Source: Octopus vulgaris
Lineage: Eukaryota
DNA: 64,000 bases
Direction of reading: 5' to 3'
Assembly: GCA_951406725.2 (NCBI GenBank)
Contig: OX597823.1
Span: 40,734,001 to 40,798,000 of the forward strand
Below are positions 1 through 15,522 of the stretch, one piece after another (within the stretch, counting starts at the first letter, position 1; the number at the start of each line of letters is the position of its first letter). Position numbers and translations under genes: made by a program. The notes under the pieces are model-generated. The model did not search any database and was not told the DNA's origin. It saw only the letters and a program-made list of their open reading frames with translations.

Positions 1-326
1 TTAGTGGAACATTTAAAGTTGATGTGGTGTTAAAACTGACGCAAAAATCAAAATTTGTTGCCAGACTTGTGGTTGTAGTTTGCTTATGAGTCAAGGAGTG
101 TCTTTTTGAGTATGAGATTCAGAACCTGTGTTTGAACAAAACGATTCCAAACCATGTAATCAATTCTGTAACGTAGAATACATTTTGGCTCTACACATGA
201 ACTTTTGGTGTTCAGAATTGATGTAGTTACTAGACGTAGAATGTTAAATGATCCTTGAAATGTAAAAACATTATTAACGTCTGAAACGTTTGAAACACAA
301 TATTAACTACTGGAAACATGTTAAAT

Positions 327-410
327 ATTACGCACACATATATACACACATACATACATACATACATACATACATACATACATACATACATACATACATA
401 CATACACACA
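327..410. repeat. (TACA)n microsatellite
   Basis: Tandem cata/taca units read directly. Confidence 0.95.
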
Positions 411-452
411 TACATATATTTATGTTTTTCTATATGCGTACGAGTGTATATA

Positions 453-516
453 TTTCTTCTTCTTCTTCTTCTTCTTCTTCTTCTTCTTCTTCTTCTTCTT
501 CTTCTTCTTCTTCTTC
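453..516. repeat. (TTC)n microsatellite
   Basis: Perfect TTC tandem array. Confidence 0.95.
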
Positions 517-517
517 C

Positions 518-690
518 TCATAGCAAATTTTCGTTCGTTCTTTCGCTCTGAGTTCAGATTACGCCGACTTTGCATTTCCTCCTTTCGGGGCCGATTGAAA
601 TAAGTACCAGTCGAGCACAGGGGACGATGTGATCGACTAGTCCTTTCTTCCGAAATCTCAGGCCTTGTGCCTATAGTAGAAAGGATTTTT
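518..690 (+). mobile_element. tRNA-derived SINE family A, 5'-truncated
   Basis: ctgagttca..gccgactttgc..ctttcgggg..aaataagtaccag..ggccttgtgcctatagtagaaagg, matching more than ten other copies in the window; followed by an (ATT)n tail. Confidence 0.85.
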
Positions 691-705
691 ATCATTATCA
701 TTATC

Positions 706-848
<143 letters not shown>

Positions 849-1065
849 AAGCGGTGGGCTGGTAGAATCGATAGCACACCAGACAAAATGCTAAAGGAAG
901 TTAGTCTGTTTTTTTTTTCTGAGTTCAAATTCCATAGAGGTCGACTTCGCTTTTCATAATTTCGGGATTGATAAAATAAGTACCAGTTGAACACTGTAGT
1001 CAATAAAATCAACTTCTTCCCACCCTAGAAATTGCTGGCCTTGTGCCAAATTATGAAACATCAAT
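849..1065 (+). mobile_element. SINE family A
   Basis: A-box-like TGGTAGAATCG, B-box GAGTTCAAATTCC, and the shared body gataaaataagtaccagttg..gtgccaaa. Confidence 0.85.
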
Positions 1066-1619
1066 ATTATTATATCGGACACATTAAACGTAATTTAGCC
1101 ACAATTTCCCTTTTGTATTGTATAGAGTATAAATTTACGACAGAAAGCTATTCTATAACTTGCTCTGTTTCAAATATCCCTAGAGACCGATATTGGGCTC
1201 TTTTATAATTGATTACATGTCATCTCTCAAGCCATCACACTTTACTAGACCTTTTTTTCACAGAATCGCCGCCTGTATGACATGCTTTTCTCTTTATCTG
1301 ATTATCCTTTTAAATATCGCTTCTCAACATATCATTCTTCTGCTTTTATCTGTGATCCTACCATCCACTATCTTTTTGCTGTTTCTCAATCTCTCACGAA
1401 CCCGATCTCTTACTTACGTCTTCCAGATTTTATTTCCTTGAAACTCCCGAGTAAGTTTCTACCTACACTCTCTTCATCTTCGGAGTGCATTAATTCTATC
1501 CATATCTCCCTGACTCTCCATCATTGTCTCAATTTATTAATAGCCCTATCATCTCTTATAGCCGACTCAACAAACTCGCCATCTCTTTCTCATTTTCATT
1601 CCCTTTAACTTACTGAACT

Positions 1620-1954
1620 TAGTGAAGGCGCATGGCTCAGTGGTTAGAGCGTCGAGCTTACGATCGTGAGGTTGTGAGCTCGAATCCCGGACCGGGCTGC
1701 GTCTTGTGTTCTTGAGCACAGCACTTTATTTCACGTTGCTCCAGTTCACTCAGCTGTAGAAATGAGTTGCGACGTCACTGGTGCCAAGCTGTATCGACCT
1801 TCGTCTTTCCCTTGGATAACACTGGTGGCGTGGAGAGGGGAGGCTCGTATGCATGGGCGACTGCTGGTCTTCCATAAACAACCTTGCCCGGACTTGTGTC
1901 TAGGAGGGTAACTTTCTAGGGGCAATCCCATGTTCATTCATGACCGAAGGGGGT
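1620..1954 (+). mobile_element. tRNA-derived CORE-like SINE (family B) with 17-bp TSD
   Basis: A box TGGCTCAGTGG and B-box-like GCTCGAATCCC. CORE-like segment tgtgttcttgagca..cactttatttcac..ctcagctgtagaaatgag. Perfect TSD ctttaacttactgaact at 1603-1619 and 1955-1971. Confidence 0.9.
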
Positions 1955-2706
1955 CTTTAACTTACTGAACTGCTTTTTCTCTAATTCTATATCAGTCTCT
2001 TCATTTCCCATTTTCTCATCTATTTCTTCATCTCATCCTTACCACTTTTTCTTTACCATTTTTTTTTCTATATATGCTCTTCTTTATATTCATTTGTTCA
2101 AAACCTCTCCTCGTGTCTCATCCTCTTTCTTTCTCTGCTTCTGTCACTCTTCTTCTCACCCTTCTCTCACTCACTTCTCCATCTTCATTTTATTCGCGAA
2201 TCTCCTTTCCCCCTCCTCTCTATTTATCTATCTCTGTAAACGGGTTTAATAGACCGTCAGTGTAGAGGTTGCATCCTGTTGGTCATGTGATTAATGTCGT
2301 CTGTCGAAGGAAAATGAAGAAAAAGCTAATCAGTGAAAACATTAAGCGTTTAATTACATACTAATCGGTAGTTAATGATTATTTACACTGCATATTGTGT
2401 TAAATACATTTTTGTATTCAAAGCGAAACAAAAGTGTGCAGACGCACACACATACATATACTCGCACACATGCATACTCGCGTGCGCTCGCGTGCACATG
2501 CATATACACCTCCATCAACGCACACGCACACACATACGCACGCACACACACACACACACACACAAACAAACAAACAAACAAACAAACACACACCCACAAT
2601 CGACATGAGAATATAATTCAGTAATTATCTCGAACATTAACGAATATAATTAAAACATTCCATGAACAGCTTTTATTTTTTTTCAAAAAATTTCTTCTTT
2701 TTTACG

Positions 2707-2766
<60 letters not shown>

Positions 2767-2768
<2 letters not shown>

Positions 2769-3189
2769 GGTAGTGAGCTGGCAGAATCGTTACAGCGCCG
2801 GACAAAATTCCTAGTGGCATTACGTCTATTTTTATAGCCTGAATTCAAATTCCGCTAAAGTCAACTTTCTCTTTCATTCTTTCGGGGTCAATAAGTACTA
2901 GATGATCACTGGTGTCCATGCTATCAACTAGCCGCTACCCCGAAATTGCTGGTTTTATACCAAAATTTGAAACTAATATCTATTTTATAAGGCGGCGAGC
3001 TGGCAAGATCGTCACGGTGCCGGATAAAATGATTAGCGCCATTTTTCCCGACTTTACATTCTGATTTACATGCAGCGGAGGTCGACTTTGCATTTCGGCG
3101 TCGATAAAGTAAGTTCCGGTTGATGACTGGTGTCAGTGTAATTGATTTGCCCACTACCCACAAAATTCCACGCCTTTGCCTATAGTAGA

Positions 3190-3191
<2 letters not shown>
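2767..3191 (+). mobile_element. Two tandem SINE family A copies (about 2767-2985 and 2990-3191)
   Basis: Each begins ggYRgYgagctggcaRRatcgt and carries the family body; preceded by (TTA)n. Confidence 0.85.
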
Positions 3192-3283
<92 letters not shown>

Positions 3284-3298
3284 TTAATAATAATAATA

Positions 3299-3355
<57 letters not shown>
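3190..3355. repeat. (AAT)n followed by (TTA)n, a quasi-palindromic microsatellite
   Basis: Polarity switch at about 3299. Confidence 0.9.
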
Positions 3356-3356
<1 letters not shown>

Positions 3357-4030
3357 TCATTTATTAGCCACTAGGGTCGACATATAGGGGACGATACAGT
3401 AGACATGAACAGTGGGGATTTTACACAGAATCGACGAGTACACAAATAAAACAATAACAATGATATCCAACAAAAAATATAACAATGAAATTTCCCTTAC
3501 TAGGCGGGGAGGTAACTACTTTGGGTTGGCTCAGCTACCCTACCAATCCTGAAATACTCGAAGATTCGAGGGCATCTGGGAAGAGCACCTTTCTACCTCT
3601 TAAATTCTCTAGCCTACAGGCGCCTTATTAGAGTAGGTCCACTCACACGTGCAATTTTCGCTACGTTCGCCCACCTTTTAGCAAATGTACTGGGAGACAG
3701 CTCTCCTCTCTCCACTCTCATCTTCCTTTCCAAATGAAATCTGAAAAAGTTGATGAGCGATTGGCCGAAGAGAAAAGTATTGTCTTTACTGCTTTCAACC
3801 TGGTTCACCACACAACCTCTTTCGCTACTGCTATCAGAAAGAGGAAAATTGCCTGCTCTTCCGGACCGATGGAAGCGGCGGATCGATCTTCACTATGGAC
3901 TCGGCCGATATCGAGATCCGTTTTACACGTGATAACAGCTGTTCAACATAACTCCACAAGCCAGTAATGCAAGGACACTGGACGAGTGCGTGCAGAACGG
4001 TTTCGTTTCCCTATGCACATCTCGTAACTG
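3356..4030 (-). mobile_element. L1/Tx1-clade LINE 3' fragment (ORF2 C-terminus and 3' UTR), decayed
   Basis: Minus-strand translation gives CA*GNETVLHALVQCPCITGLWSYVEQLL (zf-RVT-like knuckle), then AVAKEVVW, then GQSLINFFRFHLERKMRVER..RWANVAKIARV. Ends with AATAAA then (AAT)n. Confidence 0.7.
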
Positions 4031-4085
4031 TAGAGTTTATCTCAAAACAGCAGTACCCCCACCTCCTCATTTGTACTGTCAAGTT

Positions 4086-4272
4086 AGAAATGCTTAGCGG
4101 CATTTCATTTGTCTACCTTCTGAATTCCAATTCCGCCGAAATCGACTTTAATTTTGCCTGTCATCCTTTCGGGATCGATAAAATAAGTATCAGTTTAGAA
4201 TTGGAATTAATGTAATCGACTTATTCTCTTCCTCGAAATTGCTGGCCTAGTGCCAAGATTTGAAGCCAATAT
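4086..4272 (+). mobile_element. SINE family A, 5'-truncated
   Basis: aaatgcttagcggcattt..aattccgccgaaatcgacttt..cgggatcgataaaataagta. Confidence 0.85.
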
Positions 4273-4739
4273 TGTCTTATAGTAAAAGAGAATATGCGAC
4301 CTATTTCAAGCTAAGAGAGGAAAGAACTGTAATATCAGAAACCACAACAGTGGAAACAGCAGCACGAGTAACAGCAACAAGAACATAAGCGACAACAACA
4401 GCAGTGATTCCGGGAGGGGCAGCAAGACTCTTAGAGACCTTCCCACTAGCAACAGCCATTATTGACCAAAAACCATGGAATGGCAGACCTAAGAAGAAAT
4501 CATGAATGCACAGAGCAAAGTATCACACGAACGCAAACCAGACAGACGCATAGAAATATGCGCACGCTGACATGCAGTCGCTGCTTTTCATCTCCGATTG
4601 CTCTCTCTCTCTCTCTCTCTCTCTCTCCCACTCTCTTCCCACTCTCTTGTTCTCTCAGCCACTTTTCAAACAAAACAGTAAAGGAGTGTAGTGTTATGCT
4701 CAAGAAAAGGAAGGAGAGGAAGTAGGAGGAAGAAAACCA

Positions 4740-5650
4740 ATAAGAAGTACTACTACTATTTAAGCACTCGATCAAAGTAATTCCTTATTTCTTATTATTT
4801 CGAAGAATATGGCCATTTTCTTGGAGCATTGTTTATCTTCTTAAATTCGTATGTGGACTATTTGTTTTGCAGCTCTCCAATTTTTCGATTTGCATCACGC
4901 TTCACTGCTTTCTTCATTTCTATAAAAGCAAGGACAGGTCATGTGTGCATATTCCATAATATTTCTTTGATATTTAGATTTTCATATATGAAGCGATACC
5001 ACCGTTCTTCTCTGTGGTACCGTTGTGAGTGGATAAGTTCCAACAATAAATATACAAAATCTGGATATATGATCTTTTTCAGAACAGTTCTAATCTGCCT
5101 TAGAGAATGAGGTCCTTTTCACTTTTCACAGTTTTCTAATGGTATATTTTTACCATTTTCATTTCAGGACAACTTCGGGTCTCGGACTGAAACCTAACTT
5201 TTCCATATTTTCTATTCTTCAGTTATCACTGCTTCATTTAACACGTTACATTTTTAGGAACTAAGCACCCTTGATAAACATATCCGCCCTTTGTTTCAGT
5301 TATACTAGACTCAGAACTGTTTATTGTTTTCTCTCCCTTTTATGAGACGGTGAAATTTCAGGAATATTTGGCTATTTCTTCTAGCAGATCGAGCAATCAT
5401 GTCATTGCTCCATTAGTGGCTCCAATAAATATGTTTTTATTCTTTTTTCAACTTCTGATATTTGGTGCTGAGACATTCGCGTCTTGCATATTTGTTCCTA
5501 TTTGCTTTAAACTAGCGTGTTGCTATGAGTTCGTACATGATCTTTCCCCGTCTTCTTACTTTTCATTAATCCTTCGCTGTGGTATCAAAGCTGAAACATG
5601 GAAAAGTGAAGAAAATTTACATTTATTTAATTAATTATGTCTAGTCTCTT
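4740..5650 (-). mobile_element. Possible highly decayed LINE remnant (RT N-terminal region)
   Basis: Weak minus-strand peptide resemblance (EMKKAVKR..KKINNAP) with many stops; boundaries uncertain. Confidence 0.3.
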
Positions 5651-5945
5651 CAAGTAATATTTAGAATTTTTCAGCAAACTAGACTCATATCTAAGAAAGA
5701 CAGCATGATACGATAAACAAACTTGGAGTAAACAAACTATTAATTCTTATAAAATAATTCTGCCCTGAGCTACTAATTTTAATATTAATCGCAATCTTTT
5801 AACGATTAATTTTGATTAAATAAAAATTGAAACTACATACATTGGCTTCAATGTAGCAAAATTGTGGAAAAAGAAGGAAGAAAAACGTACTTCTGGGCTA
5901 CTAGTTTGCATATCTTTCTTAATAGGGAAAATTATTTTCGTTTCA

Positions 5946-6902
<957 letters not shown>

Positions 6903-6967
<65 letters not shown>

Positions 6968-7027
6968 AGAAGAAGAAGAAGAAGAAGAAGAAGAAGAAGA
7001 AGAAGAAGAAGAAGAAGAAGAAGAAGA
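6903..7027. repeat. (AAT)n(GAA)n compound microsatellite
   Basis: Read directly. Confidence 0.95.
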
Positions 7028-7030
7028 AAA

Positions 7031-7673
<643 letters not shown>

Positions 7674-7699
7674 GAGCATTCACAGTCGTTTACACGCCG

Positions 7700-8104
7700 G
7701 AAAAATTGCTGGGCGGGATTTCACCGTTCTGAATTCAAATTCAAATTCCGCCGAGGTTGGAATTTATACTTTTCGCCATTTATACCATATCAATACCAGT
7801 CGAGAACTGGGGTCGATGTAATCGACTAGCTTCTTCGTCCCAAAATTTCAGGTCTTGTACCTATAGTAGAAACGATTATTATAAATAATGATGATAATGG
7901 TGTCAAAGTTTGGCACAAGGCCAGCAATTTCTGGAGAGAGGATATGTTGATTATATTGGCCCCGGTGCTCAACTGGTACTTATTTTATCGACCTTGAAAG
8001 GATGAAAGACAAAGTCGACTTCGGGGTAATTTGAACTTTGAACATAAAGACGGACGAAATTCTGCTAACCATTTTATCCGGCGTGCCGATTTTACCACCT
8101 CGCC
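7700..8104. mobile_element. Tail-to-tail inverted pair of SINE family A (about 7700-7880 on +, 7903-8104 on -)
   Basis: The second copy reads as the reverse complement: tttggcacaaggccagcaattt..ggtacttattttatcgacc..aaagtcgact..atttgaact. Confidence 0.85.
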
Positions 8105-8465
8105 ATTCTTTTGTTTCAAAGAATTCGTGTTGTGCGTGGTCATTCTGCTCCTCTCAACTCAGTCTTATGCAAATTCTAGTGAAAGGAATAAATAAAACAA
8201 AAATGAGAGGTAGGACGAATACTTACAAATGCATCAATTGAAGAGAGAGGATCAGGTGTTTGCTGCTCCGAAGTGAAGCCACACACACACACATATATAT
8301 ATATACACGCCGCACATCACAGATAATAAAAAGAAATCGTTTAAAATACTTTACAAGGAAATATGTTGAGAAAATATTAAAAAGTTCATTAAAGATCATG
8401 TTTGTTTGGAAGTATCTATATATATATACAGAAAATTATAAGTTCAAAAAAGGTCATATTTGGTA

Positions 8466-8545
<80 letters not shown>

Positions 8546-9095
8546 ATGTCTATATATATATATACACAGAATGAGATATATTTAGGAGTTTACAAAGAAT
8601 TTGAGGTGAACCTGTATTAGCCTTTTTCGCTTTCTGTGTATATATATATATACGTTTGTATTAGTGTATATAAGTACGCATATCTTTATATACACATGTA
8701 TACATAACTTGAATCAGATGGAATTTGCGAATCCTGAATGTCTTAGATATCACGACGGTGTCTTTGCTGAATTGTAAGAGAAACATCTTGATTAGGTGTG
8801 TTCTAATTGGTTTTGCAATACCCAGCTTCTTAAAATGGCATGAAAGAAGTTTCACTTTAGCACCGAATTCTCACTTTCTTTCTCTGTCTACCTGTCGGTC
8901 TGCTTCTCTCACACTCACTCACTCACTCTCTCCCTCTCTCTCTCCCCCTACACACACATATAATTAACATTTTTTAATGCATAATCGTTAGTACAACAAA
9001 ATCTTATCAATCAAATGTTTTATTCATTCTCAGACTTATTCTTAAGTTCTTTATTGTAAGTGGACTTCTGTCGAACTTACTACGACCTTAGAACA

Positions 9096-9127
<32 letters not shown>

Positions 9128-9149
9128 GTGTATATATTTACATGTATAT

Positions 9150-9438
9150 GATATGATGGACTCTCCCGTCGAAGACATTGTGTGAGCATTCATCATTTTG
9201 CCGAACGACCTACACAACTGATTTGTTTGTAGTGATCTAATGTTCGTTCCACACTTTAGCTCACTCCTTCCAATCGACGTTGTCTGAACAGGTGCACAGC
9301 ATATCACGCGCCAGGTGTCAAAGTGATCGCAGAGCAACGTGTTTTGCTCAAAAACACAACGCATCACTCGCTCTAGGAACTGAAACCAAGATTGCAGGGT
9401 TGTGAGTGCAACACTCTAACCACTAGGCCATGCGCCCC
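9150..9438 (-). mobile_element. tRNA-derived CORE-like SINE (related to family B)
   Basis: Reverse complement begins ggcgcatggcctagtggttagagtg..ggtttcagttcc..gcgttgtgtttttgagcaaaacac. Confidence 0.75.
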
Positions 9439-9455
9439 AACGTGTATGTATGCAT

Positions 9456-9518
<63 letters not shown>

Positions 9519-10250
9519 AATGTATATTTGTATATATGTGTTCATATAAATATATATGTCTGTATGTATATATATATGTATATATATCTATATGTATATA
9601 TCTCTCTCTTTCTCGCGCTCTCTCTCCTCTTTCTCTCTCTCTATATATATATATATCTACACACACACATGAACACATATATACGCGTGTGCATCTCTAA
9701 TCACAGTTACATCTTTCTTTCTAACACTAGCCAAAGGTTTCAAGAATGAAATTGATTTCATTCTTGCATTTCTATCCGATTTCCTGCGTTCAGCTTTCTA
9801 TGACGGATTCAACGAAGCTAGTCCTCTGCCTACATGACAGGTGCATTCTTAACAACAAAGCTACCGACTACAACAACGATCACATGATTAGCAAATTGCG
9901 TTGACGATGAAGAGACAGTCGGAACAGCCATGGCACGGTGAAATCGCATCGCAGTATATACTACTGTCTATAAAAAAAGATTCGACAGGTGATCGTGTGC
10001 AGATTGACGCCAAGGAGGACGGCTTGATCAACGTGTTACATATACGGCTGTCGTTACAAACTGCAATAACGATGACGACATGAAGAGCATAGACAATGAT
10101 GACGTCAGCATTTCACATAAATGGCTGCCTGTTTTTCCTTGGAGGCGTTACGATGACAATGACAGTGGCGATTGTGTAGGCGACAGCTGTTACTATAGCA
10201 ACAGTTTCATTTCTATACATTCAACACTAGAGTCAAATTGCTTTAGTGTG

Positions 10251-10338
10251 CGCACACAAGCGTATGCACACGCACACAAGCGTATGCACACGCACACAAG
10301 CGTATGCACACGCACACAAGCGTATGCACACGCACACA
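10251..10338. repeat. 20-bp minisatellite (cgcacacaagcgtatgcaca), about 4.4 copies
   Basis: Perfect tandem copies. Confidence 0.95.
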
Positions 10339-10404
10339 TTGAAGTTACGTATATATTTAACGTTAGACCAACACACTAATATAAATACACGTATGTCCAA
10401 GACT

Positions 10405-10435
<31 letters not shown>

Positions 10436-10581
10436 GCACACAAAAACAGACAGATTCCATGTTGTGTAATATCTGTGTATTACACACACTCACATACATA
10501 CATCATACATACATATAACTATATGCATAGATACACACGTACACATATGCATATGTATATATACATACACACACACACACA

Positions 10582-10630
<49 letters not shown>

Positions 10631-11665
10631 ACATATATATAAGTTATATGCGTAGAACAATTAATTATGTATAAAAATGTATTTGTGCGTGTGTGTGTGT
10701 TTTATAACATAAAATTACATAAGTCTGGATCTATTTAATAGTTGATATCATCCTGACGCCACAACTTCGACTTAGAATCACTCATACGCAATAACACGCC
10801 AACCACCACCTATATACTCACACATGCTCACAACATAAACATGTGCATGCGTATACATTTCATTGGAAATCTAATCCAATATCATAAAATCTATACGAAT
10901 AAACCATACCACAATTTTGTTTTTGTTTGTTTGTTTGTTTTTAATTAAAATAGCATTTCCGCAAAGATACAACGTGACAAAATTACAAAACGTAAACTAA
11001 AGAAGGAACTCTAGAATTGAATATAAAAATAGTCCCATTACAAGCCAATAAATAAGTATCATTAAAGAAACGGTGACATGTTTGGTTTTGATGTAACTTA
11101 TCTAATGAGAAAATTCTGGAATCATTAAAAGCGGAATAGAGACATAATTTGATGCAAAGTTGAAGTATGTAGAAATATTTCCAACAGGACCTTTTGGCGA
11201 AGGAAATTGAAATGAAACTATAAACTAGAATTGATGAAATATATTTAATATAATATTGTTTTTCCTTCTATAATGTAGAATCCTCTCTCCAAACGTTAGT
11301 GTTTGTGCTTCAAGGAAAAGCAATCATCACAGAGGGTCGAAAATATTGCTAGAAGCTAAAAAAGTAAATGTACGATGTGAGTGTTACGTTTCAAAATCTG
11401 AGAATAATTTATCTTCGTTACAGTTCTTTTTTTTTTTTTTGCTAATTTATATTTAAATAAATATTTTACATAATTGACCTAATTAACAATGATTAAGGCA
11501 ATTATTTATAAAGATAAGTATCAGCACAAACATAATCAAACACACATATACAGGCACACACTGAAAACGAACACAGCCATCTCTTTCTGTCCCTCTTTCT
11601 GTCTGTCTGTCTGTCTGTCCCACTTTTTTTCTACACACATATATTTAAGTATATATATATATATT

Positions 11666-11738
<73 letters not shown>

Positions 11739-11791
11739 CATATATACACATATATGCAAACGTAAATATATATGTATATGCCTATGTATAC

Positions 11792-11831
<40 letters not shown>

Positions 11832-11989
11832 CATAGATATATACAAATATAATGTTAAATGATATTTATATAATTTGTAGAAGTAGGTTATTTTCTAATA
11901 ATCCTTAAATATCAATTTAAATTTAAGCATATGATTAGCTGAGATATCAATCATTATATTTTAATTTGAAGAATTAAAGACAATCAACC

Positions 11990-12560
11990 ATTGTAATCAT
12001 GGCACCGGATTTCCAATATTTATTAATAAATGTTTGGACATTTGATAATTAATGGCGTATTTTTGAAGTTCTCAAAGACAAACCTTCCCGCGGAATTGTT
12101 ACGCATCTTGATGCACAGTTTTATTCGCTGTTAGCACTTCCTTGTGTAAGACCTCTACAAGTTGATATAGTTTGGGAGTATCTAAACCTGCCCCGTATTT
12201 AAACAGCTCTTTTTTTAAAATTTCCAGTCTATTTCAGGCTGACACAGTTAATGTCTAGACTTTTAATTCTAGGGAAGAAAAGACTCCGCTATATATTGGG
12301 AGGCGTATATAATTGATATAATTAAATACAGAATATAGAAGATAAATCGGGGAGTGTACGTGAATGGGGAATAAGGAGGATGCATACATGTTCATTCTTA
12401 ATACGTTCCACCAAATTCGAATGCGAAGATGCTGATCGATGTTGAATTTTGTCAATGGGGAACAATTTTTCTTCAAGAATAATGTGTATTCATAACAAAC
12501 TGGAGGTAGGAAGCTTTGGGACACCCGGTCTTTTGACATCGTGGTGTCTACTCAGACAAA
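11990..12560 (-). mobile_element. Possible old Penelope-like fragment (linker and Cys motif before GIY-YIG)
   Basis: Weak peptides PHSRTLPDLSSIF and RKC*QRIKLCIKM..FVFENF..KCPNIY; many stops. Confidence 0.3.
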
Positions 12561-12909
12561 GCTGCTCCAAACTAATGAATCTGAAGAGAGTTTTGTGCTC
12601 TAGTTTATAAATTCAGAAAACAAAATTACTTTACTTTGCTTTTGCACACTGAATAATTTGCTTGTTGAATTTATAAGTACGTGCTACGAAATCCTGTGAG
12701 ATTAATTAGCTTGGGGTATCTTTGGCTGAGGGGACACAACTCTGTGAAGATATCGGGTGTTCCAATTACTCTAATAGGATTTGCTCTTCTTTAACGAAAT
12801 AAAACAGCGATAAACATATTCACATTCGATGAAACATCATCGTCGTCGGATATGTAGATGGTTGGATTTGAACCAAGAGCCTTATTCAGTGTACTACATG
12901 ACATAAAAT

Positions 12910-13170
12910 GGCCTAGTGGTTAGGGCAGCGGACTCGCGGTCGCAGGATTGCGGTTCCGATTCCCAGACCGGGCGTTGTGAGTGTTTATTGAGCGAAAACA
13001 CCTAAAAGCTCCACGAGGCTCCGGCAGGGGGTGGTGATCCCTGCTGTACTCTTTCACCACTCTTTCTCTCACTCTTTCTTCTGTTGGCCTGCTCGCTTAG
13101 CCAGCGAAGCGCATTGTGACCAGCGATGTGTAACAACATCTCATGGTCTGGTCGGTCCCGTGATCCCGTG
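12910..13170 (+). mobile_element. tRNA-derived SINE (family C) with 17-bp TSD
   Basis: A box TGGCCTAGTGG, B-box-like GGTTCCGATTCC, terminal tcccgtga twice. TSD actacatgacataaaat at 12893-12909 and 13171-13187. Confidence 0.9.
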
Positions 13171-15359
13171 ACTACATGACATAAAATACAAGTTCAGCTC
13201 TATATCCATCAACGGTTTATGTCTGTTTCAATGTAGTTAATCAACTTACTACTAGGGTTAGAAGCTTAATACTTATTGAAATAACATCTTACTACCTTTA
13301 AAAGAAAGCAACAGATGCAACGGATAATGTGATACTTGGTATATCGCATATCGGAGAAAAATCCCAAGAAAACCTACGGCATGGTCATGGTTTGAAAACT
13401 TTGTGATCAGATCTGTGCGTGATCAAAGCTGACCTGAGTCTAAGCCACAGGGAGTGTTAACATTCGTAAAATATAGTCCATGAAACGTAGGTAAGAATTT
13501 TAGCGTCTCGAACAGGAAACCTTCGTCAGCACATGACCCTGGTTTATTTTACAAAATTCAAATACAAAATGTTAATATTTTGTATATTTTTTCTCAAGGC
13601 CCTTCATAGGAAATATGCAGAGGAATCTGATATATTTGTAGTTTTTGAGGATTGTATTGCAAATAGAACCATATAGACAGTAAACATGCAATAATTACAG
13701 AGGAGAAAGAGGTGCTTGGGGGCACACAGTCGTTGATAAGGTCACAGACTGTAATGAAAGGACTTATATAGAGTAATCGATTGACCAATTACTTAATTCA
13801 TTAATATTAATAAGCTGCTAACGTAATTTTCAAACTGTTACACGAGTGAGTTTCAGCCTGTCCCACCAGTACTTATTGCAAGTTTAATCCAACGTTTTTA
13901 TGATACTGCTCATATTGCAATCGCTTCTCCAACAGCTGTACTTAACGCTAGTTGATATACTATTCAGCATATTATTACAATACAGCCGTCAGCGAGCATC
14001 AGCGACTCAATCATTCAACAATTCGTTATATTACATTTTTTCTCTCATGATAGCAGTTACTTAGAAAGAGTGCCTAGAGCATTATTTAACAATCAACCAT
14101 TTTCTCTAATTTATCTCTCATAAATACATAAATACAATAGTTAAAAGAATCGAGCGTCTACAGCTTCAATTATCTATGTATATTCTTCAGTACATTTTTA
14201 TCACAGCATCTGTGTAAAATCTGTGCAAAACGAGGATCTGTAGTTTTATGGGCGGTGGATTGCCCAATTCGTAAGGGTTTTAGATAATATATCTGCTATG
14301 TTACTACAGTTCTTTCAGAGTTCAAATCACACTGTGATAGAGTCTATTTTCCTCCTTCTGCCCACAGTAAGCTGCTTCTCACAAATCAATGATATAAATT
14401 ACCCATACTATTGGTCATAGAAAGGTCAGTCAGTATTCAGAATACATACAATACTAGAAATAATCTACAGTTTTAGGTAGCATCGGATATATCTGATTTA
14501 TATTTCACTTAAGCACAACGATTGTGGTTGATATTGCTTGATTTTTTTTTCAAGCATAGTATATCTAAGAACACGTAAGTCAATGTAATCTTCCTCTTTA
14601 TAGATGGTAGGGTGTAGTTTCAATGAGCTTCGGCTGCTATTTCTAACAGACCCGCGAGCAGTCGTTCATATATGTTGTAGTTATTGTTGTAGTCCTCGTT
14701 GTTGTTGTTTAATCTCTGATGAAATCTGATCGAGTAGACCAGTAATCACAGATACCTAACCTGACCACTCGGGTTTTTAAATATGGTCTGAGACTAACAT
14801 GGCCTCCTTTGTTTTAAAAGGTGTGATTTGAAATATATATAACTAGTATTTTCATCAGATTAGACAACCACACAGGAAAATATGTAGTAATTTGAGGGAC
14901 ATGTATTTATTTGATATTTCCAGTGAGAGGATTACTGGATCTTACTCAACATTTATAGAATACTAATAGTTGATGTTTGGAGAGTTCATGTACGCCTAAT
15001 GTTGTTTTGTGTAATAAATATTTTCTGTGATAAATATAAATATATTATGTATAGTTAATTTACCAAGTGCCATAGATTTTCTGTACAAAGCCAGAAGTAC
15101 TATAACAAACGAAACAATTCTTAAATTCAATAAACTTCTGGAAACCTTCATGTTAGACTATTAAAGACGTAACTAAAATATTCAAACAATGTGATATTGA
15201 TAAATGATTTTCTATTTAAACAATATCCGTGGCAATGATGGGACATAAAATCCATAAGATTTTTATGCGATTAGATAAAACACAGTTTCTTTATCATGTA
15301 CTTTTTTCATCTATCTTGTAACAAGTGAAGTACAATCAGTATTGGTGAAAAGGGACATA

Positions 15360-15522
15360 ATGCTTTACCGTATTTAGTCAGTCTTTACGCTCTGATCCGT
15401 CGTTGGCGACTTTGAGTTTCATCATTTCGGGGTCGATCAAATAAGTATCAGTTGAACACTGGGCTCAATGTAATCGACTTACACCTACCTCCGAAAATGC
15501 TGGCCTTGTGCCAAATTTGAAA
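15360..15522 (+). mobile_element. SINE family A, truncated
   Basis: tttcggggtcgatcaaataagtatcagttgaacactggg..gctggccttgtgccaaatttgaaa. Confidence 0.8.

Noticed and set aside
1625-1700. tRNA gene look-alikes (also 9370-9438, 12910-12970, 17650-17718)
   Set aside because: The A/B boxes run into SINE bodies, some with TSDs, and there is no proper acceptor stem or terminator.
9741-9766. 12-bp perfect inverted repeat caagaatgaaat-tg-atttcattcttg
   Set aside because: Short, AT-rich and isolated; no function can be supported.
10251-10338. CRISPR-like regular repeats
   Set aside because: Contiguous 20-bp tandem units with no spacers, in a eukaryotic context.
13495-13535. Minus-strand CTGACGA..GAGAC-GCT hammerhead-like relic
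   Set aside because: Stems I and II do not pair convincingly and two core positions are wrong.
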